Assembly: GCA_002426645.1 (NCBI GenBank)
Contig: DIRN01000045.1
Coordinates: 16,983 to 80,982 of the forward strand
Direction: 5' to 3'
Length of the DNA: 64,000 nt
From: Firmicutes bacterium UBA5435
Lineage (GTDB): Bacteria > Bacillota > UBA5435
A program made the position numbers and the translations under genes. This document shows, one piece after another, positions 18,178 to 27,676 of the stretch (position 1 is the stretch's first letter; each line of letters starts with the position of its first letter). Below the pieces are notes generated by a model. It had not been told where the DNA came from. It saw only the letters and a program-made list of their open reading frames with translations, and ran no database searches.

Positions 18178-19143
18178 TTAAAGGAAGCCCATGACTATAA
18201 ATGTAATAGATAAAATGAGTCCTACTATAAGATGAATCTGTAAGGTCGCAGAGTTTGCTGGAACGAGGTCTATCGGCTGTTTATAGTATCTTTTAAGGGT
18301 CCCACACGCCTTTATCACAAGGGGTAATGATACAATAGATAAAAGAACCCCATGTGGCATAAGTCCTAAAGCTACGCTAATAAAAAGTACACTGTATGAT
18401 AGTATCATAAGAAAATAGTACCCTTTGACAGCACGTTCTCTCCCTAAACGAACTACTAAGTTTGCTTTGCCAACGAGTCTATCAGCTTCATAATCAGGAA
18501 ACTGGTTTATATACAAAACAGCAGTTATTAATAGGGTAATGGGTAGAGCTACTAGTACAGATAAGAAAGATACGGTACCTACTTGCACGTAATATGAACC
18601 CATTACTATGAAAAAACCAAAATTACATCCTACAACAACCTCACCAATACCTCGGTATGCAAGTTTCAGCGGCTCTCCTACGTAAAAATAGCCCGAAAAC
18701 AAACCAAACAATCCAAGGATAAAAACAAAAGGCCCCCTTGTTATAGCAAGATAAATTCCGATAATCGTTCCAATGGCATAACATATCATTGCGCCTGAAT
18801 AAACCTGAGCAGTAGAGAGTTTACCCTCAATGATAACACCTGTTCCTCCATTAAATGGGAGATGGCGGAACTGATTTATTTGATCATTTCCGCTTATATA
18901 ATCAAAGTACTCGTTAAAGAGATTCGTACCAGCCTGGAGCAATACCGCTCCGAGAAAGGTAAGAAAAAAGACGGATGGATCAAAGAACCCCTTCTCATAC
19001 CACGCTACTGCAGTACCTATTAGAACAGGCATTGCGGCAGCAGAGAGAAAAGGAATGCGCACAGCGCGTAACCATATAGTAAATCGTTCTCTCCCTCTCA
19101 TTTTAATTGCAAAAAAGACTCCATCTCCCCTCTCTACTATCAA
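18178..19143 (-). CDS. UbiA-family prenyltransferase (MenA-like)
   Basis: 321 aa, polytopic. NEYFDYISGND and YINQFPDYEAD Asp-rich motifs. The start codon is uncertain. Confidence 0.7.
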   Translation of the reverse strand: MIVERGDGVFFAIKMRGRERFTIWLRAVRIPFLSAAAMPVLIGTAVAWYEKGFFDPSVFFLTFLGAVLLQAGTNLFNEYFDYISGNDQINQFRHLPFNGGTGVIIEGKLSTAQVYSGAMICYAIGTIIGIYLAITRGPFVFILGLFGLFSGYFYVGEPLKLAYRGIGEVVVGCNFGFFIVMGSYYVQVGTVSFLSVLVALPITLLITAVLYINQFPDYEADRLVGKANLVVRLGRERAVKGYYFLMILSYSVLFISVALGLMPHGVLLSIVSLPLVIKACGTLKRYYKQPIDLVPANSATLQIHLIVGLILSITFIVMGFL

Positions 19144-19269
19144 ATTCCCATGTGATTATTAATAGCAGAAGAGGTCAACAAAAGTGATATTCGCCATATA
19201 TCTGGTTTCTCCTGCTATGATAAGAAGAATTATTCAGAAATATCAGTATATTGAAGCGCTCCGACCCTA

Positions 19270-19530
19270 TTATCCCTCTGTGATTGCTAATATTGCTTCT
19301 ACATCACCTTTTCTTTTCTCAAAATAAAGTTTAACCTCAAACCCATCCCTACACCGAATAATACCTACATCATGAAGGCGATATTCCCTTAAGCGTTCAT
19401 CTGTATCCATAACGTTCTTAACTCTAAGACGTAACTGCTTTAGGAAAGCCCCTACATCCCCTGGTAAGATACATTTTTCTCTAGATTTAAATGGTATATG
19501 CTCCTTAATTATAACTATCTTTTCATTCAT
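19270..19530 (-). CDS. Hypothetical protein
   Basis: 86-aa ORF with an SD (AAAGGAG). No recognised domain. Confidence 0.4.
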   Translation of the reverse strand: MNEKIVIIKEHIPFKSREKCILPGDVGAFLKQLRLRVKNVMDTDERLREYRLHDVGIIRCRDGFEVKLYFEKRKGDVEAILAITEG

Positions 19531-19645
19531 AGTCCAACACTCCTTTATTAAAACCCCTTTAAAGATAGTGTGGACAAAAATTTACAGAGTAATACAAATT
19601 TCCAGAATAAAAGAGAAGTTTCGCTTTCCAAGATAAACTATATAT

Positions 19646-20167
19646 TTAAAAAATAGTAAAGCCATGCCTTTCCAAGTACGATACCACCATACGTTCCAAC
19701 TTACGAACAAGCCTTGTAGTGAAGAACTCGCGATCGCTTATTGGTTTAACAAGAATAGTGTATAGACCAACCCTATTTCCTCCTAAGACATCTGTAAAGA
19801 TCTGATCTCCTACAACTACAGTATTCGAAGGATCCGTACCTATCCTCTCCATAGCCAAAAGAAAAGGACGCCTTCTTGGTTTTACTGCACTGGGTACTAC
19901 TGGAAGGCCCAAGATAGTTCCCGCCTCATTTACTCTATTGTTAAATCCGTTAGATACCAAACATATCTTAAACCCTAATCTCTTTGCATCAGCAAGCCAA
20001 TCTTTAATCTCTACTTTCATTAAGCTAATATCGCCTTTCCATTCTACAAGAGTGTTGTCTAAATCAATTATAATTCCCTTTTTACCCGCTTTTTCCAAGC
20101 ATACCAGATTGATATCTTCAACAGATTCAACATAGGCCCTTGGGCAGAAGAACTTCTTTAATATCAT
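19646..20167 (-). CDS. yqeG: YqeG-family HAD phosphatase
   Basis: The MILKKFFCP start matches the YqeG N-terminus. HAD motif IIDLDNTLVEW and VGDQIFTD. Confidence 0.8.
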   Translation of the reverse strand: MILKKFFCPRAYVESVEDINLVCLEKAGKKGIIIDLDNTLVEWKGDISLMKVEIKDWLADAKRLGFKICLVSNGFNNRVNEAGTILGLPVVPSAVKPRRRPFLLAMERIGTDPSNTVVVGDQIFTDVLGGNRVGLYTILVKPISDREFFTTRLVRKLERMVVSYLERHGFTIF

Positions 20168-20226
20168 AGAAAATGCGCATAGAAACCCCCTGACTTTAGT
20201 CTAGGGGAAAATGCGCTGCCTCCTTT
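20168..20226 (-). promoter_or_regulatory. Split-RBS leader hairpin, copy 1
   Basis: Minus strand: AAAGGAGG-ca-GCGCAU-uuu-CCCCU-a-GAC-uaaa-GUC-AGGGG-guuucu-AUGCGC-auuuucu-AUG. There is no SD within 15 nt of the ATG and an in-frame TAG upstream. Confidence 0.5.
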
Positions 20227-20378
20227 CATACATACTTGCTCTCTCTATACAAGTAATAATATTAATAAATAAGTCGCAACTTCTTTATACGCTCCTATAT
20301 ACCAGTGTTACATCTGATTCTATCATATACTGAACCTTTTCTCAATATAAAAGATCTTATACTTTAGGTAAACAGACC

Positions 20379-21602
20379 CTAAACCCCTTTTGTACTTGAC
20401 ATATCTTTTGCAAAACCAAACCTTAAAACCATTATTGCTACAATTAAAAATATGGCTATGAGCTCCATAGCGATTCTAAAACCTATATATTCTGCAATAG
20501 CGCCAATGAGAGGAGGAAAGAAAATAGCTCCTAGATCACCAGCTGAGGTTGCAATGCTCAGTGCTAGATTCTTATTTGAATCAGCGGCTGAAGAAACCAT
20601 AGATATTAATGATGGGTATATACCAGCAAAACCAAACCCAACTAGTATATAAAGACCCGCTGCAATAAATATGGAACTAGTCATAGCACCACCTACTAAA
20701 GCTATACTAGAGACCACTGCCATATATATAACCATACGCGCATTAGGAGAAGACGAGGCAAAACGGCCTAGGAGAACTCTTCCTAAAGTAATGGCAATCC
20801 AAATAAGGGTAAGTATATAGCCAGAACCAGTAAAAGAATGTATATCAGTAAAATACTTAACTACCCATACATTAACTGACCCTTCGGCTCCTACATAAAG
20901 AGCTAATGCAATAAAGAGTGATAATAGATTCCTATTCCATACTCTTCTCTTTTCAGGAACATCCTCTATTCTACTCAAAGATTCTCTATCATTGGCTACT
21001 TTATCATGCTCTGTGCAAGTAAAAAAAGTCCTTACGCTAAAAGTCCATAGACTCGCAATAGTCATGATGGCTATTGGAAGATAGAGTACATGGCGCCAGT
21101 TCCCTGTGGAATTCAAGATGAGTTGAGCAGCAAAGGGACCAACTATAACACCGATGCCAAATGCACTATAAAGATAATTTATATTAGACGCTCTTTTTGT
21201 CTCAGGACCGCAATTGCTCATTATAGTAGTGGAGTATGTGAATATCAAACCATTCATTATTCCCCCTACTAAAAACGAAAAGAATACCATTGCATAATTC
21301 CATGCCACGCTAAAACCCGTAAGTGATAGGGCACAAATCAAAGTACCGAGGGTCAAAACCCTACGAGGCTTTGATAAACGCCATGCAATGGGACTTAGCA
21401 GCATACCAATGAGGCCACCAATAGCATAACTAGATGAAAGAACTCCTGCCATTGTCTGACTCACACAAAACTCCATCATCACATTATCTATAATAGGGCC
21501 CAAGATTATCATTACTATCCCTGCTCCAAAAATTGTCCAAAAGAGCCCAACTGCAGCAGAGTTTGATAATGACCCTTCTATTCTCTCTTCCACGAAATAC
21601 AT
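20379..21602 (-). CDS. MFS transporter
   Basis: 407 aa with about 12 hydrophobic segments. Confidence 0.8.
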   Translation of the reverse strand: MYFVEERIEGSLSNSAAVGLFWTIFGAGIVMIILGPIIDNVMMEFCVSQTMAGVLSSSYAIGGLIGMLLSPIAWRLSKPRRVLTLGTLICALSLTGFSVAWNYAMVFFSFLVGGIMNGLIFTYSTTIMSNCGPETKRASNINYLYSAFGIGVIVGPFAAQLILNSTGNWRHVLYLPIAIMTIASLWTFSVRTFFTCTEHDKVANDRESLSRIEDVPEKRRVWNRNLLSLFIALALYVGAEGSVNVWVVKYFTDIHSFTGSGYILTLIWIAITLGRVLLGRFASSSPNARMVIYMAVVSSIALVGGAMTSSIFIAAGLYILVGFGFAGIYPSLISMVSSAADSNKNLALSIATSAGDLGAIFFPPLIGAIAEYIGFRIAMELIAIFLIVAIMVLRFGFAKDMSSTKGV

Positions 21603-21620
21603 CCTCTCCTTAACCTACTA

Positions 21621-23960
21621 TCAATAAATAACATCCTCTTCAGCAGCGATCAAATTATAAGACAGAAGCATCGCCAAAGAGTAAACTGAAAAATTAGCAT
21701 CTTCTATAAGCCCAGAACTACACATCCTCTCTAGGATATCCATATTTATATCATGTTGCTTCTGCATTTCCTGGCTTTTTCTACTATACAAAACTAGCTT
21801 ACCTTCATCAATAACATTAATGAGCTTTTCAATAAGTGACTTGGCTGATATCCTAAATCGCGCCTCATCTTCTATTTGGTAAGCCTCAAGGAGGTCTGCT
21901 GCAAAGCTCAGCATAACCTCTCTTTCATTATCAAAACCTTCAGACTTCCAGTAACTTTTATCAAGTAAACCTAACTCCCTTCTAAGCTTAGATAGGAGCT
22001 TTGAGAACCTTACTACTACCTCTAATTCAGGAAGAGAATTCAACCTATAGAACTCTCCTTCTACATTGCCGACCTTAGCAAGGCTCATAAGAATTCGCAT
22101 ATTCGCATGTCTCGAGACTTGCCCAGATAAGAGCTGTATGGCTTTGGGAACCAATTCTTCAGCTTCCCTGAACCTTCCAAGCGCTTCAATAGTGGCCACG
22201 ATTACCCTTGCCTCCTGGGCATTTGCTAGCACACTTTTGAGTTCATCCCTTGCTTCATCTCCACCCAAGATACCAAGAGCCATTATGGCTTCTATACTAG
22301 AATTTTCTTCATCAATATGAGCTCGAAGATATTCTATTATAGGACCCACAGCACTAACATCGCCTATCTCGCCAAGAGCTCTAAGTATATCAGAATCATG
22401 AGAATATCCTGGATCCTTGAGTCGGGTTATAAGTTCAGGTACTGCGTCACGAGATTTTAACTCTGCTAGTGCATTAATAGCCTCCCGACGTACTTCTATA
22501 GAGGAATCGTCCAGCGCTTTGATGACCCTCTCAGAAGCCACGGGGCTTTTCGCCAGTCCCAACCCCTTAACTCCTTCAGCCCTTGTTGAAGCCCTAGGGC
22601 TCTTTGAAGAAAAAATCATACCTTTAAGGAGAGCTACCGGGGCCTTTGTCTTCATCTCACCTATAAATTCCTTGAGACCAATGGCACTTTCCTCTTTAAG
22701 CCTCTTGAGAAGAGGTAGAAGAAAAATAAAAAGTATAGCTTGCCCAAGATAAAGGATACGCAAGTAATCAATGCTAACTCCCAAAAATTGAAAGCCTTTA
22801 TTCGCTACAAATGCTGCCAAGTAACCGCCAATTATAGGAGCTACAAGTCCAATACTACCCTGTACAGTACTATAAAAAGCCATATACGAAGCCTTTCTTT
22901 CGCCCTGTGGTAAAAGACTATAATACATATTATTAGCAGCTATACCATAACCAGCTGAAAGAATAGCCCCTACTGCCACTACCGGAAAGAGGAATGTATA
23001 GTTTTGAGGAGTGGCTAAAATAAGCGCTATATTTCCTATTACAGCCCAAATAAGGCCTATTGTCAATGCTGGCTTATTTCCATACCTATTTATTAGATAT
23101 CCCCACGCAGGATATGTTATCAATGCAGCAACATTAGCTACTGCGGTAAGAAGTGCCAGAGTAGAATAGGGCATATAAAGAACCTTAAGATAATAGACAT
23201 TAGTAAACGGTGCCATAAGATTAGCAGCAAGAACCCAAGAATTAAAGAACACAGTAAAAGCCATAAAGTCTTTATCCTTAATTATATCTCGGTTCCCACT
23301 ACGAGAAGTACTATCTTTACTCCGCTGTCCTAAAGACAGATCATAAAACGGTAGTTTTTTGAGAAAGGTATGTCTTGCAAAGGCTATTGGCACACTTAAA
23401 CCGTATGCTATAAGGAACCCTTTACATCCTATAAATAGATCAAGGAGGTAACCTACAGCAAGACCTGATATGACAGATGAAGTAACTGTGATCAGGTTTT
23501 GTTTAGATATAAAAGCAGCTCTAAGCGATGGGGAAACAAGTTCCACATACCAAGAATTAGCGATAGGAGCGCTCAAAGCTGCAATAAAATTCGCTGTCCC
23601 TACAGTAAAGAGAATAACCCTTACAGCACGATCATGTGTAAATAGGAGACCAATTATAGCTAATGTAGCACGGAGCACCCATGCTATGTTCTGAGAAATT
23701 ATCCACCACCTTTTTTGATTAGATACTCGACGTGAGATGTTTAAAGCGATAAGTTGAGTCATGGAACCAATATATGCAAGCGCGCCAAGGAATCCGATTT
23801 GACGATCATTAGCCCCTAGCTCAAGGAGTAGACCGGTTAAAACCATCCCTCCAACAAGATTAGTCCAGATAGAAGCACCACCCTGATAGCATAACCAGAG
23901 ACTAAGCCCACTAGCCCTCTCAGCTCTCGTAAATTCCCTTTTATTCTCAGCCTGTATCAA
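21621..23960 (-). CDS. MFS transporter fused to a C-terminal HEAT-repeat domain
   Basis: 779 aa. The N-terminal ~450 aa are polytopic. The C-terminus carries HEAT/PBS-lyase-like repeats (DSSIEVRREAINALAELKSRDAVPELITRLKD). Confidence 0.7.
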   Translation of the reverse strand: MIQAENKREFTRAERASGLSLWLCYQGGASIWTNLVGGMVLTGLLLELGANDRQIGFLGALAYIGSMTQLIALNISRRVSNQKRWWIISQNIAWVLRATLAIIGLLFTHDRAVRVILFTVGTANFIAALSAPIANSWYVELVSPSLRAAFISKQNLITVTSSVISGLAVGYLLDLFIGCKGFLIAYGLSVPIAFARHTFLKKLPFYDLSLGQRSKDSTSRSGNRDIIKDKDFMAFTVFFNSWVLAANLMAPFTNVYYLKVLYMPYSTLALLTAVANVAALITYPAWGYLINRYGNKPALTIGLIWAVIGNIALILATPQNYTFLFPVVAVGAILSAGYGIAANNMYYSLLPQGERKASYMAFYSTVQGSIGLVAPIIGGYLAAFVANKGFQFLGVSIDYLRILYLGQAILFIFLLPLLKRLKEESAIGLKEFIGEMKTKAPVALLKGMIFSSKSPRASTRAEGVKGLGLAKSPVASERVIKALDDSSIEVRREAINALAELKSRDAVPELITRLKDPGYSHDSDILRALGEIGDVSAVGPIIEYLRAHIDEENSSIEAIMALGILGGDEARDELKSVLANAQEARVIVATIEALGRFREAEELVPKAIQLLSGQVSRHANMRILMSLAKVGNVEGEFYRLNSLPELEVVVRFSKLLSKLRRELGLLDKSYWKSEGFDNEREVMLSFAADLLEAYQIEDEARFRISAKSLIEKLINVIDEGKLVLYSRKSQEMQKQHDINMDILERMCSSGLIEDANFSVYSLAMLLSYNLIAAEEDVIY

Positions 23961-24171
23961 AACCCTTCTCCCCTTCTTCTATAATATCGCTAATACTAAT
24001 ATTTTCGTTGTTCCTCTAAGGATTCCTCCTCATAAGTTTAAAATCTTCTTGCCCCCTCCTTATAACCATGTAAAGAACATTTTTGAATTCTTACTTAACA
24101 TTCAAGAAAAAATAAGGTATAATATAGACGGAAAGTAAGATATCTAGTTGTATAGGAGGGACAACTATATT

Positions 24172-24588
24172 ATGAAATGCCCAAATTGCCAAAGAGAGAT
24201 CATGCTTGCCAAAATTTGCCCCTATTGTAGCACTCGAATCAAAGTTAAACCACGAGGGAAAAAGAAAGTTACCCCGTTTAGAAAAGTACACCATAAAGAC
24301 CAGGGCAAACGAGGAGAATTCAAAGGCCGAATTAGAAACGAAAAAACGGCCCAAGAAAGAATGGAGTTTACTCCTATTCAACTCACTCTCGAATATATGA
24401 AGGATCCAGCTGTGCCATTTTCGAAGAAATTAACGATAATAGGAGCAGTAGCATACATCCTGTCACCTATAGATCTTATCCCAGCATTTCTCTTCCCCCT
24501 GAGTATCTTAGACGATGCAATCGTTATAGGTTATCTTCTACGTACACTCTCTTTTGAACTTACAAAGTATAGGGCTGGTTATTATTGA
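24172..24588 (+). CDS. Zinc-ribbon + DUF1232 (YkvA-like) membrane protein
   Basis: MKCPNCQ...CPYC at the N-terminus. AYILSPIDLIPAFLFPLSILDDAIV is typical of DUF1232. AGGAGGG lies upstream. Confidence 0.6.
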   Translation: MKCPNCQREIMLAKICPYCSTRIKVKPRGKKKVTPFRKVHHKDQGKRGEFKGRIRNEKTAQERMEFTPIQLTLEYMKDPAVPFSKKLTIIGAVAYILSPIDLIPAFLFPLSILDDAIVIGYLLRTLSFELTKYRAGYY

Positions 24589-24594
24589 TTGTCT

Positions 24595-25740
24595 TCAACT
24601 ATCATAACTTCGTCGCCTACATATTTTCTCTGTATATCCAGATTCCTTAAAAGCCTTACGAGGTTCCTCTGGTACTCCTATATCCCTACGTACTTCATAT
24701 AAAAGTTCATTAACATCAGTATTAAAAGCATCTTTTAAGATCTCTTCAGCACCAATTATATCTCCAGATTTACGAGCATCTTCAAGTGCATCTCTATCCA
24801 CAAGAAGCGCTTTAGCATAAGCTGTCTGTATATTTTCAACTGATTGGATCATAGCTTCAATCTTCGGTTTCAGATTATGACTTTGATCTATCATATAGGC
24901 AATATCAGAGTCAACAGTTGGATCATTTTCAGCTGCTACTAGCTCATTGAAGATGAGAAATAACTCATGTGGGTTTATTGACCCCACGGTAAGATCATCA
25001 TCAGCATATTTTTTGCTGTTAAAATGGAACCCACCTAACTTACCTTCGTCCAACAAAAATGCGACTAAGTGTTCGATGTTAGTACCCAAAGGATGATGAC
25101 CTAAATCTACCAAAGTCTTAGCCTGAGGGCCTAATTTCATAGCTATTACTGTTGCCATCCCCCAATCTGCCAGATCAGTATGGTAAAAGCTGGGCTCAAA
25201 GGTCTTATACTCAATCAACATCTTCATATCAGGTTCTAGCTTCTCATAGACTTGACCTAAAGACTCTTCCATCCACTTCTTCCGCTTTCGAAAATCCCCT
25301 TGTCCAGGATAATTTGTTCCATCAGGGAACCAAAGGCTAAGGAGTTTAGAGCCAGTCTCTTTCATTATGTGTATACATTCTATCATATGATTTACTGCCT
25401 TCTCCCTCACCTTAGCATCTGGGTGGGTTATGCTTCCCAGCATATAATCATCATCCTGAAAGAAATTAGGATTTATTGCGCCAATTCGAAGGCCTAAAGA
25501 TTCAGCGAAATGCACAAGGCCCTTCCAATCATCTACCATATCCCAAGGGATATGCAAAGCAACACTATGTGTAATACCAGTATATTTGTGAACCTGAGCC
25601 GCATCCTCCAACTTCTCGTAAATATTACGTGCTGCTCCGGGTTTCTTGAATACAAAAAAACGTGTCCCAGAATCACCGTATCCCCATGATGGAGTCTCTA
25701 CCTTTTGGGCCTTTAAACGTTCCTTTATATCTAATCTCAT
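24595..25740 (-). CDS. L-rhamnose-isomerase-like / xylose-isomerase-fold TIM-barrel sugar isomerase
   Basis: 381 aa. N-terminal ETPSWGYGDSGTRF, as in the short RhaI family. Confidence 0.55.
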   Translation of the reverse strand: MRLDIKERLKAQKVETPSWGYGDSGTRFFVFKKPGAARNIYEKLEDAAQVHKYTGITHSVALHIPWDMVDDWKGLVHFAESLGLRIGAINPNFFQDDDYMLGSITHPDAKVREKAVNHMIECIHIMKETGSKLLSLWFPDGTNYPGQGDFRKRKKWMEESLGQVYEKLEPDMKMLIEYKTFEPSFYHTDLADWGMATVIAMKLGPQAKTLVDLGHHPLGTNIEHLVAFLLDEGKLGGFHFNSKKYADDDLTVGSINPHELFLIFNELVAAENDPTVDSDIAYMIDQSHNLKPKIEAMIQSVENIQTAYAKALLVDRDALEDARKSGDIIGAEEILKDAFNTDVNELLYEVRRDIGVPEEPRKAFKESGYTEKICRRRSYDS

Positions 25741-25798
25741 AAAAATCGCGCATGGAACCCCCCGACTTTAGTCTAAAGGGGAATGCGCCGCCTCCTTT
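25741..25798 (-). promoter_or_regulatory. Split-RBS leader hairpin, copy 2
   Basis: AAAGGAGG-cg-GCGCAU-u-CCCCU-uuaGACuaaaGUC-GGGGG-guucc-AUGCGC-gauuuuu-AUG. Near-identical to copy 1. Confidence 0.5.
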
Positions 25799-25927
25799 CA
25801 CACAATATATTACTTACTATTTCTAAGTGGTCTTTGCCAATAAAGTAGCAGGCTCAGAAGTCACAACCCTATAGGCCTGTTTCCTCATCAGCCTGCCCAC
25901 TTCAATCTCTTTAGTCTTTATAAGAAA

Positions 25928-26194
25928 TCACGACGCTCTATCGTCTTTCGTATTTGAAGGATTTGTGGAATAGGTTTCCTTTGATTTTTCTGAAGATGCA
26001 GCCTTTAAATAGGAGTCACTTCTATAATCTGTATTATGAAACCCGTCACATTTGTAAATAATAAATGGATTTGAACTTATAAGTCGTTTAACTGAACCTC
26101 CACAGGTAGGACATGCCTTCAAAGGTTCCTCTGTAATACGTTGATGTATTTCGAATTTACCACATTTTTTGCAAGAATAATCATATATAGGCAT
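25928..26194 (-). CDS. FmdB-family zinc-ribbon protein
   Basis: [15 protein letters not shown]...CPTCGG, the canonical CxxC...CxxC N-terminus. Confidence 0.7.
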   Translation of the reverse strand: MPIYDYSCKKCGKFEIHQRITEEPLKACPTCGGSVKRLISSNPFIIYKCDGFHNTDYRSDSYLKAASSEKSKETYSTNPSNTKDDRAS

Positions 26195-26311
26195 TTCTAT
26201 CTCTGGCATGAGGAACTTATAAACACTCCCTTAGAAGTGCCAGACTCTAACTCCTTTCACTATATACTTTCTTATCCTATATTAACATTCTACCTCATAA
26301 CAGTCAATACT

Positions 26312-27358
26312 TTAAAACCTAATCTTACCTGATACCATAGCAGCTAAATCTTCCTTGAATTCATCCTTCGAGCCTACAGAAGCATCTACTGATACCGGGC
26401 CAAGATTTATACCTGCTCCTAGTGTTATAAGTCCCTCACCATTAGCTGGCATGGATTTACCAGCTCGAAGAGATATTCCATTAAAGAGCAGTCTCTTTTC
26501 TAATCCAAAGTATAAGCTACCATCTCTCTCCATATCCGCGGCAAGGGTTGTTCCGATGTATGGTACATCCACGGCAACTCCTGCACGTACAAGAGCATCA
26601 AAACGTTCTTGACTAGAGGCGGTATAAGAGTTAACTACTTCCTCTTCTCCTGTCTCAGCATTCTTACTGGAAGAAGTAATAGATTCTCTCCATGTCATGT
26701 TACTAATAAGATCTCGTATCATAAGACCTATGGTAATTGAATCTGTAAATTTAATTCGAATTCCCATATCTGCGCTATAACCAGTTCCTCGCGCATCCAC
26801 CCAGTCTACATTATAGGTAGATTCTCCTGTAGGCACTACATCATAATTATACCTTCGGCCTTCAAGAGCTTTAAAATTTAATCCTACTGAGATAGCGCCT
26901 AAATTCCACTTCGGACTAGTGACCTTTCTGGCAGTGGATACTGTATAGGCCAAAATATACTGTGCTTTCCCATCAGCCTTATTATCCTCTTCAGCCGTGA
27001 GAAGGACCTGCCCAGAGGCTATTATCCCAGCACCGTAGTTCCCCATGCCAAGTCCTAGTATAGCAGCCATACTCACCTCTGCGTTCCCAGGAGAGTCAAG
27101 TATATCCCCGCTCGCCACCTCATTGAACTTCTCCCAACTCGTCCTAGTAGAAGTATGAATGCCAACAGAGGGACTGAGGCCCATATGTGCTATCTCGGTT
27201 AATCCTGCTGGATTCCAATAGATAGCGCTTGCATCATCAGAGATAGCAGTAAAAGCTCCTCCCATTCCCGATGCCTTTGCATTGATGTCCACAGCATATA
27301 TGGGAGCGGTAAAGGTTAAAATCAGAATCATGACTATGAACAGAAAACTTTTCTTCAT
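26312..27358 (-). CDS. FadL/OMPP1-like outer-membrane beta-barrel candidate
   Basis: Signal peptide (MKKSFLFIVMILILTFTAPIYA). GMGGAFTAISDDASAIYWNPAGL motif. C-terminal ...SGKIRF. Confidence 0.55.
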   Translation of the reverse strand: MKKSFLFIVMILILTFTAPIYAVDINAKASGMGGAFTAISDDASAIYWNPAGLTEIAHMGLSPSVGIHTSTRTSWEKFNEVASGDILDSPGNAEVSMAAILGLGMGNYGAGIIASGQVLLTAEEDNKADGKAQYILAYTVSTARKVTSPKWNLGAISVGLNFKALEGRRYNYDVVPTGESTYNVDWVDARGTGYSADMGIRIKFTDSITIGLMIRDLISNMTWRESITSSSKNAETGEEEVVNSYTASSQERFDALVRAGVAVDVPYIGTTLAADMERDGSLYFGLEKRLLFNGISLRAGKSMPANGEGLITLGAGINLGPVSVDASVGSKDEFKEDLAAMVSGKIRF

Positions 27359-27420
27359 CTAAATCGAGCGCCTGAGAACCCCGTCTTTATAAGGCGGGCA
27401 AAAATGCGCCCCTCCCTCCT
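27359..27420 (-). promoter_or_regulatory. Split-RBS leader hairpin, divergent copy 3
   Basis: AGGAGGGAGG-g-GCGCAuuuuug-CCCGCC-uuauaaa-GACGGG-guucucag-GCGC-ucgauuuag-AUG. Confidence 0.4.
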
Positions 27421-27447
27421 TCTGTAAAAGTTCTAATCTTTTATAAG

Positions 27448-27476
27448 TTATTCGACATAAGATAGGTTTTATCCTG
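27448..27476 (-). promoter_or_regulatory. wGGA-N14-TGTCGAATAA motif (candidate alternative-sigma promoter)
   Basis: Minus strand: AGGA-taaaacctatctta-TGTCGAATAA, upstream of the FadL-like gene leader. Confidence 0.35.
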
Positions 27477-27506
27477 CATACATAGAGACGGTAATATCAT
27501 ACATAA

Positions 27507-27549
27507 TAAAAAAAACCTATTCTAAAAGGTTTCCCTTTTAAAATAGGTT
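27507..27549 (-). terminator. Intrinsic terminator after the Spo0E-like gene
   Basis: AACCUAUU...AAAAGG-gaaa-CCUUUU...AAUAGGUU followed by U8 on the minus strand. Confidence 0.65.
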
Positions 27550-27676
27550 GGGCTGACGTCATTTGATCATATGCTCCATATCGGATAAAATATATTCTCA
27601 CGCACCCTCCATCTCTCCGAATCTCTCGTAACAGAAGGTATCACTCTCTAGAAAACTCCCAAGAACCTTCCTTACT

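Noticed and set aside
24091-24400. ORFs 24091-24381 (-) and 24206-24400 (+).
   Set aside because: They overlap the better-supported DUF1232 gene (24172-24588), which has a recognisable domain and an SD.
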